A DNA stretch of 64,000 nucleotides from an uncultured Gemmatimonas sp. (GTDB taxonomy: Bacteria > Latescibacterota > UBA2968 > SICM01), in contig CAYRZX010000002.1 in NCBI GenBank assembly GCA_964428665.1, positions 4,037 through 68,036 on the forward strand, given 5' to 3'. The notes under the pieces were generated by a model, which did not search any database, was not told the DNA's origin, and saw nothing but the letters and a program-made list of their open reading frames with translations. A program made the translations under genes and the position numbers. Positions 18,653-27,448 of the stretch are shown one piece after another. Within the stretch, counting starts at the first letter, position 1; the number at the start of each line of letters is the position of its first letter.

Positions 18653-18934
18653 TTATTCCTTGATCAACCGCCTGACGACCTCCTCCGCATCCCCCCCCGC
18701 CCCGCGCACCTCCACCACCTTGTTGCGCGACGCCCCCCCCGCCTTCACGGAGACGTTCGACCTGGGCAGGCGGAGCCGCCGGGCGATCAGGGCGACCAGC
18801 CGCTCATTGGCCGCCCCCTCCACGGGAGGGGCGCAGACCCGCACCCTCAGCCTCCCATCCGCCTCCGGGATCACCTCGTCCCGCGATGCGCGGGGTTGCA
18901 CGCGCACGGACAGCCGGACACAATCCTGACCCAT
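18653..18934 (-). CDS. DUF167 (YggU) family protein
   Basis: Internal ATG at 18934 in track ORF 18653..19162. Pattern LSVRVQPRASRDEV....LRVRVCAPPVEGAANERLVALIAR.L. Confidence 0.8.
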   Translation of the reverse strand: MGQDCVRLSVRVQPRASRDEVIPEADGRLRVRVCAPPVEGAANERLVALIARRLRLPRSNVSVKAGGASRNKVVEVRGAGGDAEEVVRRLIKE

Positions 18935-18938
18935 CCCT

Positions 18939-19484
18939 TCACCGCTCCGCCGGGGCGGCCACCTCCCGGTCCTGCCCCTCCCCCTCGCGCTCCTGGGAGG
19001 ACTCCGCCCCCGCCTCCGTCCTGGACTCGCGCGATTCTTCAAACCGGAGGTCCCTGAAAAACTCGGCCTGCCCCTCCAGCAGCCCCTTGAACCGCGCCAG
19101 GAACGTGTCCCGCTGCGTCTTGAGCGTGGCGATCTCCGCCTTGATGCGGCCGACCTGCCCACGAGCCTGCTCGATGGCCCGCTCCGCCACGATCTCCGCC
19201 TCCTTGATGATCAGCTCCCCCTCCTTCTTGGCGTTCTCGCGGGTGTCCTCCGCCGCCTGCTGCGCTGCGACGAGCGTCTCCTGGAGCGTCCGCTCCAGGT
19301 TCCTGAAGCGTCCGATCTCCGTGTCCAGCGCCTCCACGCGCTCCTGCAGCGTGATCGTGTCCCGGCTCACCTTCTCAAAGGCATCGGCCACCATGTCCAG
19401 GAAAGCCTCGACCTCCACCGGGTCATAGCCCCGAAAGACCTTTCTGAATTCCTGCTTGCGAATGTCCAGGGGAGTGATGTTCAC
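18939..19484 (-). CDS. divIVA: DivIVA-domain cell-division protein
   Basis: N-terminus ITPLDIRKQEFRKVFRGYDPVEVEAFLDMV followed by coiled coil. GTG start with GAGGTGAG upstream. Confidence 0.85.
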   Translation of the reverse strand: MNITPLDIRKQEFRKVFRGYDPVEVEAFLDMVADAFEKVSRDTITLQERVEALDTEIGRFRNLERTLQETLVAAQQAAEDTRENAKKEGELIIKEAEIVAERAIEQARGQVGRIKAEIATLKTQRDTFLARFKGLLEGQAEFFRDLRFEESRESRTEAGAESSQEREGEGQDREVAAPAER

Positions 19485-19541
19485 TGTCGTCTCACCTCGT
19501 CTGAAGGGTTTGAAGGCCCTCTGTCGCAGAGTCGGAAGGGG

Positions 19542-19853
19542 TCATCGCATGACCCCGGGAATCCTGAAGGAGTGGAGAAACAGCTTCGCGATCTGGATGG
19601 CCAGGATGAGCACGAGCGGCGAAAAGTCCAGCCCGGACGCCCATAAAAAGCTCGGCATCACCCGTCGGATGGCGTTCAGCGGCGGATCGGTCAACATATA
19701 CAGGAACCGCACGATGGGACTGTAGGGGTCCGGGTTCACCCACGAGAGGAGCACGCGGATGATCACCACCCAGAAGTAAATCGTCAGGATCGTGTCGATC
19801 GTTCCGATGATCAGTCCGACAACCCCGAAGCCGAAATGCCCGAAATCGAACAT
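19542..19853 (-). CDS. yggT: YggT-family membrane protein
   Basis: Motif IIRVLLSWVNPDPYSPIVRFLYMLTDPPLNAIRRVMP. Confidence 0.85.
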   Translation of the reverse strand: MFDFGHFGFGVVGLIIGTIDTILTIYFWVVIIRVLLSWVNPDPYSPIVRFLYMLTDPPLNAIRRVMPSFLWASGLDFSPLVLILAIQIAKLFLHSFRIPGVMR

Positions 19854-19881
19854 GCTCCCTCATCCTCCTGTCCCTTCCCTA

Positions 19882-20000
19882 CCCCCGAAACGGAGAGTGG
19901 GGGAATGGGGGAATCGGGGAAATTTCTTCTCCGCTTCTCCGTTTCTCCGCTTCCCCGCTTCGGTTTTTCCTATCCCCGTTTCCCCCTTCCCCGCTTCGCC
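19882..20000. repeat. 8-nt-period hairpin tract (GGGGGAAT units facing TTCTCCGC units)
   Basis: gggggaat gggggaat cggggaaa faces ttctccgc ttctccgt ttctccgc ttccccgc. It lies between yggS and yggT. Confidence 0.75.
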
Positions 20001-20014
20001 GACTCTGATCTTCT

Positions 20015-20701
20015 TCACTGCCTCTCCCCGAAGATCGCCGTCCCCACCCGCACCAGCGTCGCCCCCTCCTCGATGGCCGCCTCGAAATCCCCCGTCATGC
20101 CCATGGAGAGGTGGTCCATCCAGACGCCGGGGATCTGCGCCGCAGCCACCCGGTCCCGGACCTCCCTCAACGCCACGAAGAATGGCCGCGCCCGGTCCCC
20201 TTCGGCCCCCAGCGCCCCGATCGTCATCAGGCCCTGCACCCGGACCGACTTCAGCCCCGACACCGCGCCGATGAGGTCCAGCGCCTCCTCCGGCCCCACG
20301 CCCGATTTGGACCCCTCCCCGGAGGTGTTCACCTGCACCAGCACGTCAGCCACCTTCCCCATCCGCTCCGCCCGGCGGTCGATCTCCTGCGCCAGGTGGA
20401 GGCTGTCCACGGAATGGATGAGATCAAAAATCTCGACAGCCTTCCTGGCCTTGTTCGTCTGCAGGTGGCCGACCAGGTGCCAGCGGGCAGGCAGAGACAC
20501 GGCCCCGTGCTTCTCCTCCGCCTCCTGAACCCGGTTCTCGCCCAGGACCTCCACCCCGGCGCGGAGGGCCTCCTCGACCTCGGCGACCGTGCGGGTCTTG
20601 GAGACCGCCACCAGCGTCACCTCCTCAGCCCGCCTCCCGGCCCGCTCAGCGGCCCGGGCCATCCGGTCCTGCACGATCTTCAGACGATCCGCAATGCTCA
20701 A
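20015..20701 (-). CDS. yggS: YggS-family pyridoxal-phosphate homeostasis protein
   Basis: Motifs VTLVAVSKT, LGENRVQE, WHLVGHLQTNK and LSMGMTGDFE.AIEEGAT.VRVGTAIFG. TTG start with GAGAGG upstream. Confidence 0.9.
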   Translation of the reverse strand: MSIADRLKIVQDRMARAAERAGRRAEEVTLVAVSKTRTVAEVEEALRAGVEVLGENRVQEAEEKHGAVSLPARWHLVGHLQTNKARKAVEIFDLIHSVDSLHLAQEIDRRAERMGKVADVLVQVNTSGEGSKSGVGPEEALDLIGAVSGLKSVRVQGLMTIGALGAEGDRARPFFVALREVRDRVAAAQIPGVWMDHLSMGMTGDFEAAIEEGATLVRVGTAIFGERQ

Positions 20702-21030
20702 ATCGGCCTCTCAGACAAAAAATCCGGTTAAGTTTATAAATATATTCATCACCACCCTGTTTTGCAACAGAAAAACCGGCCCTGAGGGCAATGCCCTGAC
20801 CCTCAACACCCTGCGCCCCTGTCCGCCGTTGGACCACCCCAACCCTGTGATACCGGCCTGTTGGGATTTCGCTTGACTTCCCCCTCATCCCTGTGTACCC
20901 TCTATCGCGAGGACCTTGACCGTGAGCCGCCCTGATGAGCGGTCCTCCAGCCGGGCCTCTTTCGGGGTGCGGCATCTCCTATCTCTGTATTTTTCACAGG
21001 TGCGCATTCTGTTCGCCGGGAGGGCGAGAC

Positions 21031-21393
21031 ATGGCGCTGATTCTGGTCGTCGACGATGACGCCTCCATCCGGGTGGCGCTCCGGCAGATTCTGGAGAGGG
21101 CCGGCCACCGGGTCACGGATGCCCCGGACGGCGAAACAGGGCTGAACCTGTACCGGCAGGAGCCTGCCGACCTCGTGATCACCGACATCGTGATGCCCTC
21201 GAAAGAGGGGGTGGAGACCACCATCGAGCTTCGGCAGGAGTTCCCGGACGCCAGGGTCATCGCCATCTCCGGCGTGGACGACATCTCCCTGCTTCAGGCG
21301 AGCGCCTTCGGCGCGCTCCGCGTCTTTCGCAAGCCCCTGGACACGGAGAGCCTGCTGAGGGCCGTTGGGGAAATACTGGCGTCAGGGCCGTAA
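21031..21393 (+). CDS. Single-domain response regulator (CheY-like receiver)
   Basis: ATG at 21031 with GGGAGGG upstream. ILVVDDD, DLVITDIVMP (phospho-Asp site) and VIAISG..KP are present. There is no output domain. Confidence 0.85.
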   Translation: MALILVVDDDASIRVALRQILERAGHRVTDAPDGETGLNLYRQEPADLVITDIVMPSKEGVETTIELRQEFPDARVIAISGVDDISLLQASAFGALRVFRKPLDTESLLRAVGEILASGP

Positions 21394-21427
21394 CGGGCAG
21401 GGATTCTTTTTGAGCCGCGAGGGAACC

Positions 21428-22345
21428 GTGCATAAGACAGATGCGACAGCCCCCATCTGGCAGTGGACCCTGGAGCAGATACAGGCCGTGGCCAACCGCG
21501 TCCAGGCCGGCCAGGACTTCACACCGGCGCGCTGGCCGGAGGATGCGCAGGTCGCTGTCGCGCTCTCCTTCGACTTTGACGCCGAGACAGGCTGGCTGCG
21601 TCGGGGCCAGCATTCGCCCGCGTCCATGGCCCGGGGCGCTTATGGAGCCCGGGTCGGGATACCCAGGATTTTAGGCCTGCTCGACCGCTACGGCCTGCCT
21701 GCCACCTTCTTCGTCCCGGCCGTGGCGGCGCAACTCCATCCCCAGGCCGTGGATGCAATCCTGGCGCGGGAACGGCACGAGATCGGCGTGCACGGCTGGA
21801 TTCACGAGCTGGCGCAGGAGCTCACCGGCGAAGAAGAGCGCGACCTGTCAGAGCGCGCCTTCAACTTCTGGAAGTCGAGGATCGGCAGGCCGCCCGCGGG
21901 GATTCGAACGCCGTCCTGGGACTTTACGCCGCACACGCTGGGGATCATCCGGGACCTCGGCTTTGTCTACGACAGCAGCCTGATGGCGGACGACCGGCCC
22001 TACGAGCTGGTCGCCGCCGGAGAGCCTACGGGCGTCGTGGAACTCCCCGTGGAGTGGCTCCTGGATGATTACCCCTACTTCCAGATCGACCCTGCCCGGG
22101 GGAGCCGCCCCTGTATCCACCCCGACGCCGTCTACCAGATCTGGCAGGAGGAGTTTGAAATGGCCTGCCGGGAAAAAACGCTCTTCCTGCTGACGATGCA
22201 CCCGCAGGTGATCGGCCATCGTTCACGGCTGTCGATGCTGGAGCGCCTGATCGAACACCTGCTGAAAAAGCCGGGCGTCTGGTTTGCCACGCACGAAGCC
22301 GTGGCCAGATATGTGCTGGAGAACGCGGGGAAGGTTCAGCGATGA
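21428..22345 (+). CDS. Polysaccharide deacetylase / PuuE-like (CE4 fold) protein
   Basis: Motifs VAVALSFDFDAE, PATFFVPA and HEIGVHGWIHE. The start is uncertain: GTG 21428, or TTG 21365 as in the track. Confidence 0.8.
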   Translation: MHKTDATAPIWQWTLEQIQAVANRVQAGQDFTPARWPEDAQVAVALSFDFDAETGWLRRGQHSPASMARGAYGARVGIPRILGLLDRYGLPATFFVPAVAAQLHPQAVDAILARERHEIGVHGWIHELAQELTGEEERDLSERAFNFWKSRIGRPPAGIRTPSWDFTPHTLGIIRDLGFVYDSSLMADDRPYELVAAGEPTGVVELPVEWLLDDYPYFQIDPARGSRPCIHPDAVYQIWQEEFEMACREKTLFLLTMHPQVIGHRSRLSMLERLIEHLLKKPGVWFATHEAVARYVLENAGKVQR

Positions 22346-22372
22346 CGCGGAGAAGACGCACCCTCCGAAAAC

Positions 22373-22403
22373 CAAAAAGCCCCGATCCTTGAGACACCGG
22401 GGC
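22373..22403 (-). terminator. Candidate intrinsic terminator after relE
   Basis: On the minus strand, GCCCCG-13 nt-CGGGGC is followed by TTTTTGGTTTT. The stem is short. Confidence 0.4.
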
Positions 22404-22428
22404 CATGTGCGACGAAGGGATGCGTTCT

Positions 22429-22689
22429 TTAAAAGCGGTAAACATCTTTTCGGTGTCTGACTCGCACCACCAGGACAAGCAGGGCGTCGTCTCGAATCTG
22501 ATAAACGACCCGATAGTCCCCCACCTGGATACGATAGAGATTCTCCATGCCCTTCAGCTTTTTGAACCCCGGAGGGCGCGGGTCGTCCGCCAGGGCATCA
22601 ATCTCAGGTTCCAGCCGTTTTTGCGCGACAGCGGGTAGCTTTCTGAACTGCCGGTCAGCAGCCGGAGCAAACTCGACGCGATAGGCCAC
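22429..22689 (-). CDS. relE: RelE/ParE-family type II toxin
   Basis: Pattern F.KLP...QKRL...I..LADDPRPPG.KKL.G.ENLYRIQVGDYRVVYQIRDDALLVLVVRVRHRKDVY. Confidence 0.85.
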   Translation of the reverse strand: MAYRVEFAPAADRQFRKLPAVAQKRLEPEIDALADDPRPPGFKKLKGMENLYRIQVGDYRVVYQIRDDALLVLVVRVRHRKDVYRF

Positions 22690-22692
22690 AGC

Positions 22693-22989
22693 TTACAACC
22701 CCGCACGGGTTTTGACCCTGCTCCAGGGAACAGGCTTGGCCCCTGTCCGTCTCATCTCTTCTAAGGCTGCCCTGGCATACTCAACGTCCTGACGGTCCTC
22801 CAGCTCTTCGAGTCGTTTCAGGTCTTCGATGGGAACCACTGCGGCAACCTGCTTGCTCCGCCGACGCAGGATGACGCGCTCACCGTTGGAGACAACGCGA
22901 TCCAGGATTTCAACCCATTCCTGAGAAACTTTGCTCGCGCGACTTCCACGCGCAACCGACACGGATTTTTTTGCAGACGTCGTTTTCAT
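22693..22989 (-). CDS. Phd/YefM-family antitoxin
   Basis: Lies 3 nt upstream of relE. Pattern ILDRVVSNGERVILRRRSKQVAAVVPIEDLKRLEELEDRQDVEYARAAL. Confidence 0.8.
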   Translation of the reverse strand: MKTTSAKKSVSVARGSRASKVSQEWVEILDRVVSNGERVILRRRSKQVAAVVPIEDLKRLEELEDRQDVEYARAALEEMRRTGAKPVPWSRVKTRAGL

Positions 22990-23012
22990 GCCTCTCTCAC
23001 TTCTGTAAAAGA

Positions 23013-23201
23013 TCAGAACTCACCAACGTCGCCCCCCTGCATCTCGACCCGCTCCGACCGCTCTGGCTCCTGCTCGTAGTGGGCCGTCACCCGCTCGGCC
23101 TGCTTTGCCAGTATCCGGCGGCGCTCCGCCATCGGCAGCTTCAGGAAGGCCCGGCGCTCCGCCAGCGTCAGGGGTTGCGCTGTCTCCGTCTGTGTGATCA
23201 T
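23013..23201 (-). CDS. Small antitoxin-like protein with no cognate toxin nearby
   Basis: 62 aa with AGGAG upstream. The pattern LTLAERRAFLKLPMAERRRILAKQAE....YEQ..E....E.QGGD resembles small antitoxins I recall paired with MazF/PemK-type toxins. This rests on my recollection only. Confidence 0.45.
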   Translation of the reverse strand: MITQTETAQPLTLAERRAFLKLPMAERRRILAKQAERVTAHYEQEPERSERVEMQGGDVGEF

Positions 23202-23365
23202 GAGAAACTCCTGATTTTACGTGAACCCTGCCCCCCGGAAATAGAGTACTCATACGGGGAGGCGAAGTCAAGCAGAATCGCCGGGGCGGCCATTGCCAGC
23301 CACCCCGTCGTGGATGAAGCCCCATGCGCATCTGGCGGCGGGACTGACGGGGCGTGTTTTTTTTC

Positions 23366-23394
23366 TTGACGCCTGCTCTCTCCCTGAGTACATT
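23366..23394 (+). promoter_or_regulatory. Candidate promoter for hsdR (TTGACG-N17-TACATT)
   Basis: Pattern match in the 330-nt gap upstream of hsdR. Confidence 0.3.
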
Positions 23395-23530
23395 GGCCTC
23401 ATTTCAAGCCAGTTCACAGTCCCTATCGTCGGGAGGGCATGATGGACGCCAGGACACATAGAAGGTAAGGGCAACGGTGACAAGCCGCATCGGATAGGTG
23501 CGGCTTTTGGGCTATAGGCCCTCATTAAAC

Positions 23531-25987
23531 ATGAACAAAAAACTCCTCAGCGAACGCGACATCTGCACCAAGTTCATCACACGGGCGGTGAAAGATGCCG
23601 GTTGGGATGAGATGACGCAGATTCGTGAAGAAGTCAGCTTCACGAAGGGCCGCATCATCGTGCGTGGAAAGCTCGTCACACGCGGCAGGGGCAAGCGCGC
23701 CGACTATATCCTTTACTACAAGCCGAACATCCCCATCGCCCTCATCGAAGCGAAGGACAACAACCACAGCGTCGGCGACGGCATCCAGCAGGGATTGGAA
23801 TATGCCGAAACGCTCAACATCCCCTTTGTCTTCTCCTCCAACGGCGACGGCTTTGTCTTCCACGACCGGATCGACATCAGCGCCCCGAAGGAGACCAACC
23901 TCGCCCTTGCGGACTTCCCATCCCCGCAGGAGCTTTGGGCAAAGTATCGCGCCTGGAAAGGACTCGCGCCCGACGAGGAATCCATTGTCCTTCAGGATTA
24001 TCACGATGATGGGAGCGGCAAAACCCCGCGCTACTATCAGGTCAACGCCATCAATGCCGCCATCGAAGCCATCGCGAAGGGGCAGAACCGCATCCTCCTC
24101 GTCATGGCCACCGGCACCGGCAAGACCTACACCGCCTTCCAGATCATCTGGAGGCTGTGGAAGGCCGGGCGCAAAAAACGCATCCTCTTTCTCGCCGACC
24201 GCAACGTCCTGGTGGACCAGACGATGGTCAACGACTTCCGGCCCTTCGGCCCGGCGATGGCCAAACTCAGCACCGGCGCGAAGACCATCGAGCGGGAGGA
24301 TGGGACCGAAGTCGATCTCACCACGGCCATCGACAAGAAACGCCGGATCGACACCGCCTATGAGGTCTATCTCGGCCTCTATCAGGCCATCACCGGCCCG
24401 GAGGAGCGGCAGAAGCTCTTCCGCGAGTTTTCCCCCGGCTTTTTCGACCTGATCGTCATCGACGAGTGTCACCGGGGCAGCGCGGCGGAGGACGCCGCCT
24501 GGCGCGAGATTCTCACCTATTTCTCCAGCGCCACTCAGATCGGCCTCACCGCCACCCCGAAGGAGACGAAATACATCTCGAACATCCACTACTTCGGCCA
24601 GCCGGTCTATTCCTACTCCCTCAAGCAGGGCATCTACGACGGCTTCCTCGCGCCCTACAAGGTGGTGAAGGTCCACATCGACCGGGATGTCGAAGGCTAC
24701 CGCCCGGAGAAAGGCGCCGTGGACCGCGAGGGCAACGAGGTCGAGGACCGCATCTACAACCAGAAGGACTTCGACCGCACGCTCGTCATCGACGACCGCA
24801 CGAAGCTCGTGGCGAAAAAGGTCTCCGACTTCCTCAAGGAGAGCGGCGACCGTTTCCAGAAGACCATCATCTTCTGCGTGGACACCGAACATGCCGCCCG
24901 GATGCGCCAGGCCCTTACCAACGAGAACGCGGACCTCGTTCAGCAGAACCACCGCTACGTCAGACGGATCACCGGGGATGACGCCGAGGGCTGCGCCGAG
25001 ATTGGCAACTTCATCGACCCGGAGTCCAGGTATCCCGTGCTCGTCACCACCTCGCGCCTCCTCTCCACCGGCGTGGATGCCCAAACCTGCCGACTCATCG
25101 CGCTCGACCGCGTTATCAGTTCCATGACCGAGTTCAAGCAGATCGTCGGAAGGGGAACCCGCGTCCACGAGGACATCAGGAAGTTCTACTTTACCCTGAT
25201 CGACTTCCGGGGCACGACCAGCCACTTCGCCGATCCCGATTTCGACGGCGAGCCGGTGCAAATCTATGAGCCGGGCGAGAAGGACTCCATCAGTCCGCCG
25301 GATGATGGCGCATCCTCCCGCTCTGGCGAAGTCCCGCCGCCCTACGATGCCAGAGGGGAGGAGGTCATCCTTGACGGCAATCTCCCTGACATCATCATTC
25401 CATCCGGCGGACCTGTGAAACGGCAGAAAGTCTACGTGGACGGGGTTGAGGTCGAAATCATCGCTGAGCGTGTCGAATACCTTGATGAGAATGGCAAGCT
25501 GATCACCGAGAGCCTGCGCGATTTCACCAAGAAGGCGCTGAGGAAACGCTTTGCCAGCCTCGACGATTTTCTCGCCCACTGGAACGCCGCCGAGCGCAAG
25601 CAGGCCATCATCGAGGAACTCGCCGCCGAGGGCCTGCTGCTCGATCCGCTCGCCGAGGAGGTCGGCAAGGACCTCGATCCCTTCGACCTCATCTGCCACG
25701 TCGCCTTCGACCAGCCGCCGCTCACGCGACAGGAGCGCGCCGAAAACGTCCGCAAGCGCGATGTGTTCACCAAATATGGCCCCCAGGCCCGCGCCGTTCT
25801 CGAAGCCCTGCTGCAAAAATACCAGGACACCGGCGTCACCAACCTCGACGACCCGCGCATCCTGCAAATCACCCCCTTTGATGCGATGGGCACCCCCCTC
25901 CAGCTTATCAGGCAATTCGGCTCCCGCGCCGACTTCGAGCGCGCCGTCCACGAACTCCAAACCGTTCTCTACGAGAAAGTCGCCTAA
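23531..25987 (+). CDS. hsdR: Type I restriction enzyme R subunit (HsdR, with EcoEI-R-like C-terminal domain)
   Basis: ATG at 23531. N-terminal nuclease region ADYILYYK..IALIEAKD, helicase motif I MATGTGKT, motif II VIDECHRGSA, and a conserved C-terminal tail. ORF 23525..25960(-) is a shadow. Confidence 0.92.
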   Translation: MNKKLLSERDICTKFITRAVKDAGWDEMTQIREEVSFTKGRIIVRGKLVTRGRGKRADYILYYKPNIPIALIEAKDNNHSVGDGIQQGLEYAETLNIPFVFSSNGDGFVFHDRIDISAPKETNLALADFPSPQELWAKYRAWKGLAPDEESIVLQDYHDDGSGKTPRYYQVNAINAAIEAIAKGQNRILLVMATGTGKTYTAFQIIWRLWKAGRKKRILFLADRNVLVDQTMVNDFRPFGPAMAKLSTGAKTIEREDGTEVDLTTAIDKKRRIDTAYEVYLGLYQAITGPEERQKLFREFSPGFFDLIVIDECHRGSAAEDAAWREILTYFSSATQIGLTATPKETKYISNIHYFGQPVYSYSLKQGIYDGFLAPYKVVKVHIDRDVEGYRPEKGAVDREGNEVEDRIYNQKDFDRTLVIDDRTKLVAKKVSDFLKESGDRFQKTIIFCVDTEHAARMRQALTNENADLVQQNHRYVRRITGDDAEGCAEIGNFIDPESRYPVLVTTSRLLSTGVDAQTCRLIALDRVISSMTEFKQIVGRGTRVHEDIRKFYFTLIDFRGTTSHFADPDFDGEPVQIYEPGEKDSISPPDDGASSRSGEVPPPYDARGEEVILDGNLPDIIIPSGGPVKRQKVYVDGVEVEIIAERVEYLDENGKLITESLRDFTKKALRKRFASLDDFLAHWNAAERKQAIIEELAAEGLLLDPLAEEVGKDLDPFDLICHVAFDQPPLTRQERAENVRKRDVFTKYGPQARAVLEALLQKYQDTGVTNLDDPRILQITPFDAMGTPLQLIRQFGSRADFERAVHELQTVLYEKVA

Positions 25988-25990
25988 CTC

Positions 25991-27448
25991 ATGTCAGTCC
26001 GGAATACTGTCAAGTCCATACAGGACATCATGCGCCAGGACGTGGGTGTGGACGGCGACGCCCAGCGCATCTCCCAACTCTGCTGGATGTTCTTCCTCAA
26101 GATCATTGACGACCAGGATCAGCAACTTGAGTTGATGCAGGACGGCTACCGCTCGCCCATCCCGGAAAAGCTCCGGTGGCGTTCCTGGGCCGCCGACCCG
26201 GAAGGGATCACCGGCGAGGAACTCCTCGCCTTTATCAATGGCGAACTGTTCCCCACGCTCAAGGCCCTCCCGATCACCGGCAGGGGGGGCGACCGCCGCC
26301 GGGTCGTGCGCGACGTCTTCGAGGACGCCTACAACTACATGAAGTCCGGCCAGTTGATGCGTCAGGTGGTCAACAGGATCAACGAGGTGGACTTCAACAA
26401 CCTCGCCGAGCGCCAGCACTTCGGCGACATCTACGAGCAGATCCTCAACGACCTCCAGAGCGCCGGAAATGCGGGCGAGTATTACACCCCCCGCGCCGTC
26501 ACCGCCTTCATGGTGGACCGCATCGACCCACATCCGGGCGAACTCCTCTTCGACCCCGCCTGCGGCACCGGCGGCTTCCTCACCTGCGCCCTGCGCCACA
26601 TGCGCGACCGCTACGTGAAGAAGGTCGATGACGAACAGACCATGCAGCAGGCCCTGCGCGCCGTGGAGAAGAAGCAACTCCCGCACATGCTCTGCGTCAC
26701 CAACATGTTGCTCCACGGCATCGAGGACCCCGGCTTCGTCCGCCACGACAACACCCTGGCCCGGCCCTACATCAGCTACGGGGCCAGCGACCGCGTGGAC
26801 ATCGTCCTCACCAACCCGCCCTTCGGAGGACGCGAGGAGGACGGCATCGAATCCAACTTCCCGGCAAACTTCCGCACCCGTGAAACCGCCGACCTCTTCC
26901 TGGCCCTCATCATTCGCCTGCTCAAACCCGACGGTCGCGCTGCCGTGGTGCTGCCCGACGGCTCCCTGTTCGGAGAAGGCGTCAAGACCCGGCTCAAGGA
27001 ACACCTCATGGAGGAGTGCAACCTCCACACCGTCGTCCGACTGCCCAACAGCGTGTTCAAGCCCTACGCCAGCATCGGCACCAACCTCCTGTTCTTCGAG
27101 AAGGGCGAGCCGACGAAGGACATCTGGTTCTACGAGCATCGGGTTCCAGAAGGCCAGAAAGCCTATTCGATGACCAAACCCATCCGGGTCGAACACCTGA
27201 AACCCTGCGTGGATTGGTGGGGCGGCGCGAAGCGCAGGGGACGCAAGGAGACCGAAGTCGTGTGGAAGGTGACTGCCGACGAGGTGAAAGATCGAGGCTA
27301 CAACCTCGACTTCAAGAACCCTCATACCGTCGCCGACGACCATGGCGACCCGGAGGAATTGCTGCAAAAGCTCAACGAGGCCGAAAAGCAAACTGCCTCT
27401 CTGCGCGACCAACTCAAGGCCATTCTGGAGGAGGCGCTGCTGCGATGA
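25991..27448 (+). CDS. hsdM: Type I R-M N6-adenine DNA methyltransferase subunit (HsdM)
   Basis: HsdM N-terminal domain, AdoMet motif DPACGTGGFL and catalytic NPPFGG. Confidence 0.95.
   Translation: MSVRNTVKSIQDIMRQDVGVDGDAQRISQLCWMFFLKIIDDQDQQLELMQDGYRSPIPEKLRWRSWAADPEGITGEELLAFINGELFPTLKALPITGRGGDRRRVVRDVFEDAYNYMKSGQLMRQVVNRINEVDFNNLAERQHFGDIYEQILNDLQSAGNAGEYYTPRAVTAFMVDRIDPHPGELLFDPACGTGGFLTCALRHMRDRYVKKVDDEQTMQQALRAVEKKQLPHMLCVTNMLLHGIEDPGFVRHDNTLARPYISYGASDRVDIVLTNPPFGGREEDGIESNFPANFRTRETADLFLALIIRLLKPDGRAAVVLPDGSLFGEGVKTRLKEHLMEECNLHTVVRLPNSVFKPYASIGTNLLFFEKGEPTKDIWFYEHRVPEGQKAYSMTKPIRVEHLKPCVDWWGGAKRRGRKETEVVWKVTADEVKDRGYNLDFKNPHTVADDHGDPEELLQKLNEAEKQTASLRDQLKAILEEALLR

Noticed and set aside
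20932-20939. CTGATGAG word upstream of the response regulator as a hammerhead ribozyme core.
   Set aside because: There is no matching GAAA/cleavage-site element and no three-stem arrangement around it.
20702-21030. The 330-nt gap between yggS and the response regulator as an ncRNA locus.
   Set aside because: It holds only a weak promoter-like TTGACT..TACCCT and no convincing conserved structure. There is nothing I can support without covariation or expression data.
22346-23530. Search for an attachment-site repeat of the tRNA-Leu 3' end, and for an integrase, to define a mobile island.
   Set aside because: By-eye reading found no copy of the tRNA 3' segment and no integrase or recombinase ORF. 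The block is therefore reported as an accessory island only, not as a mobile element.
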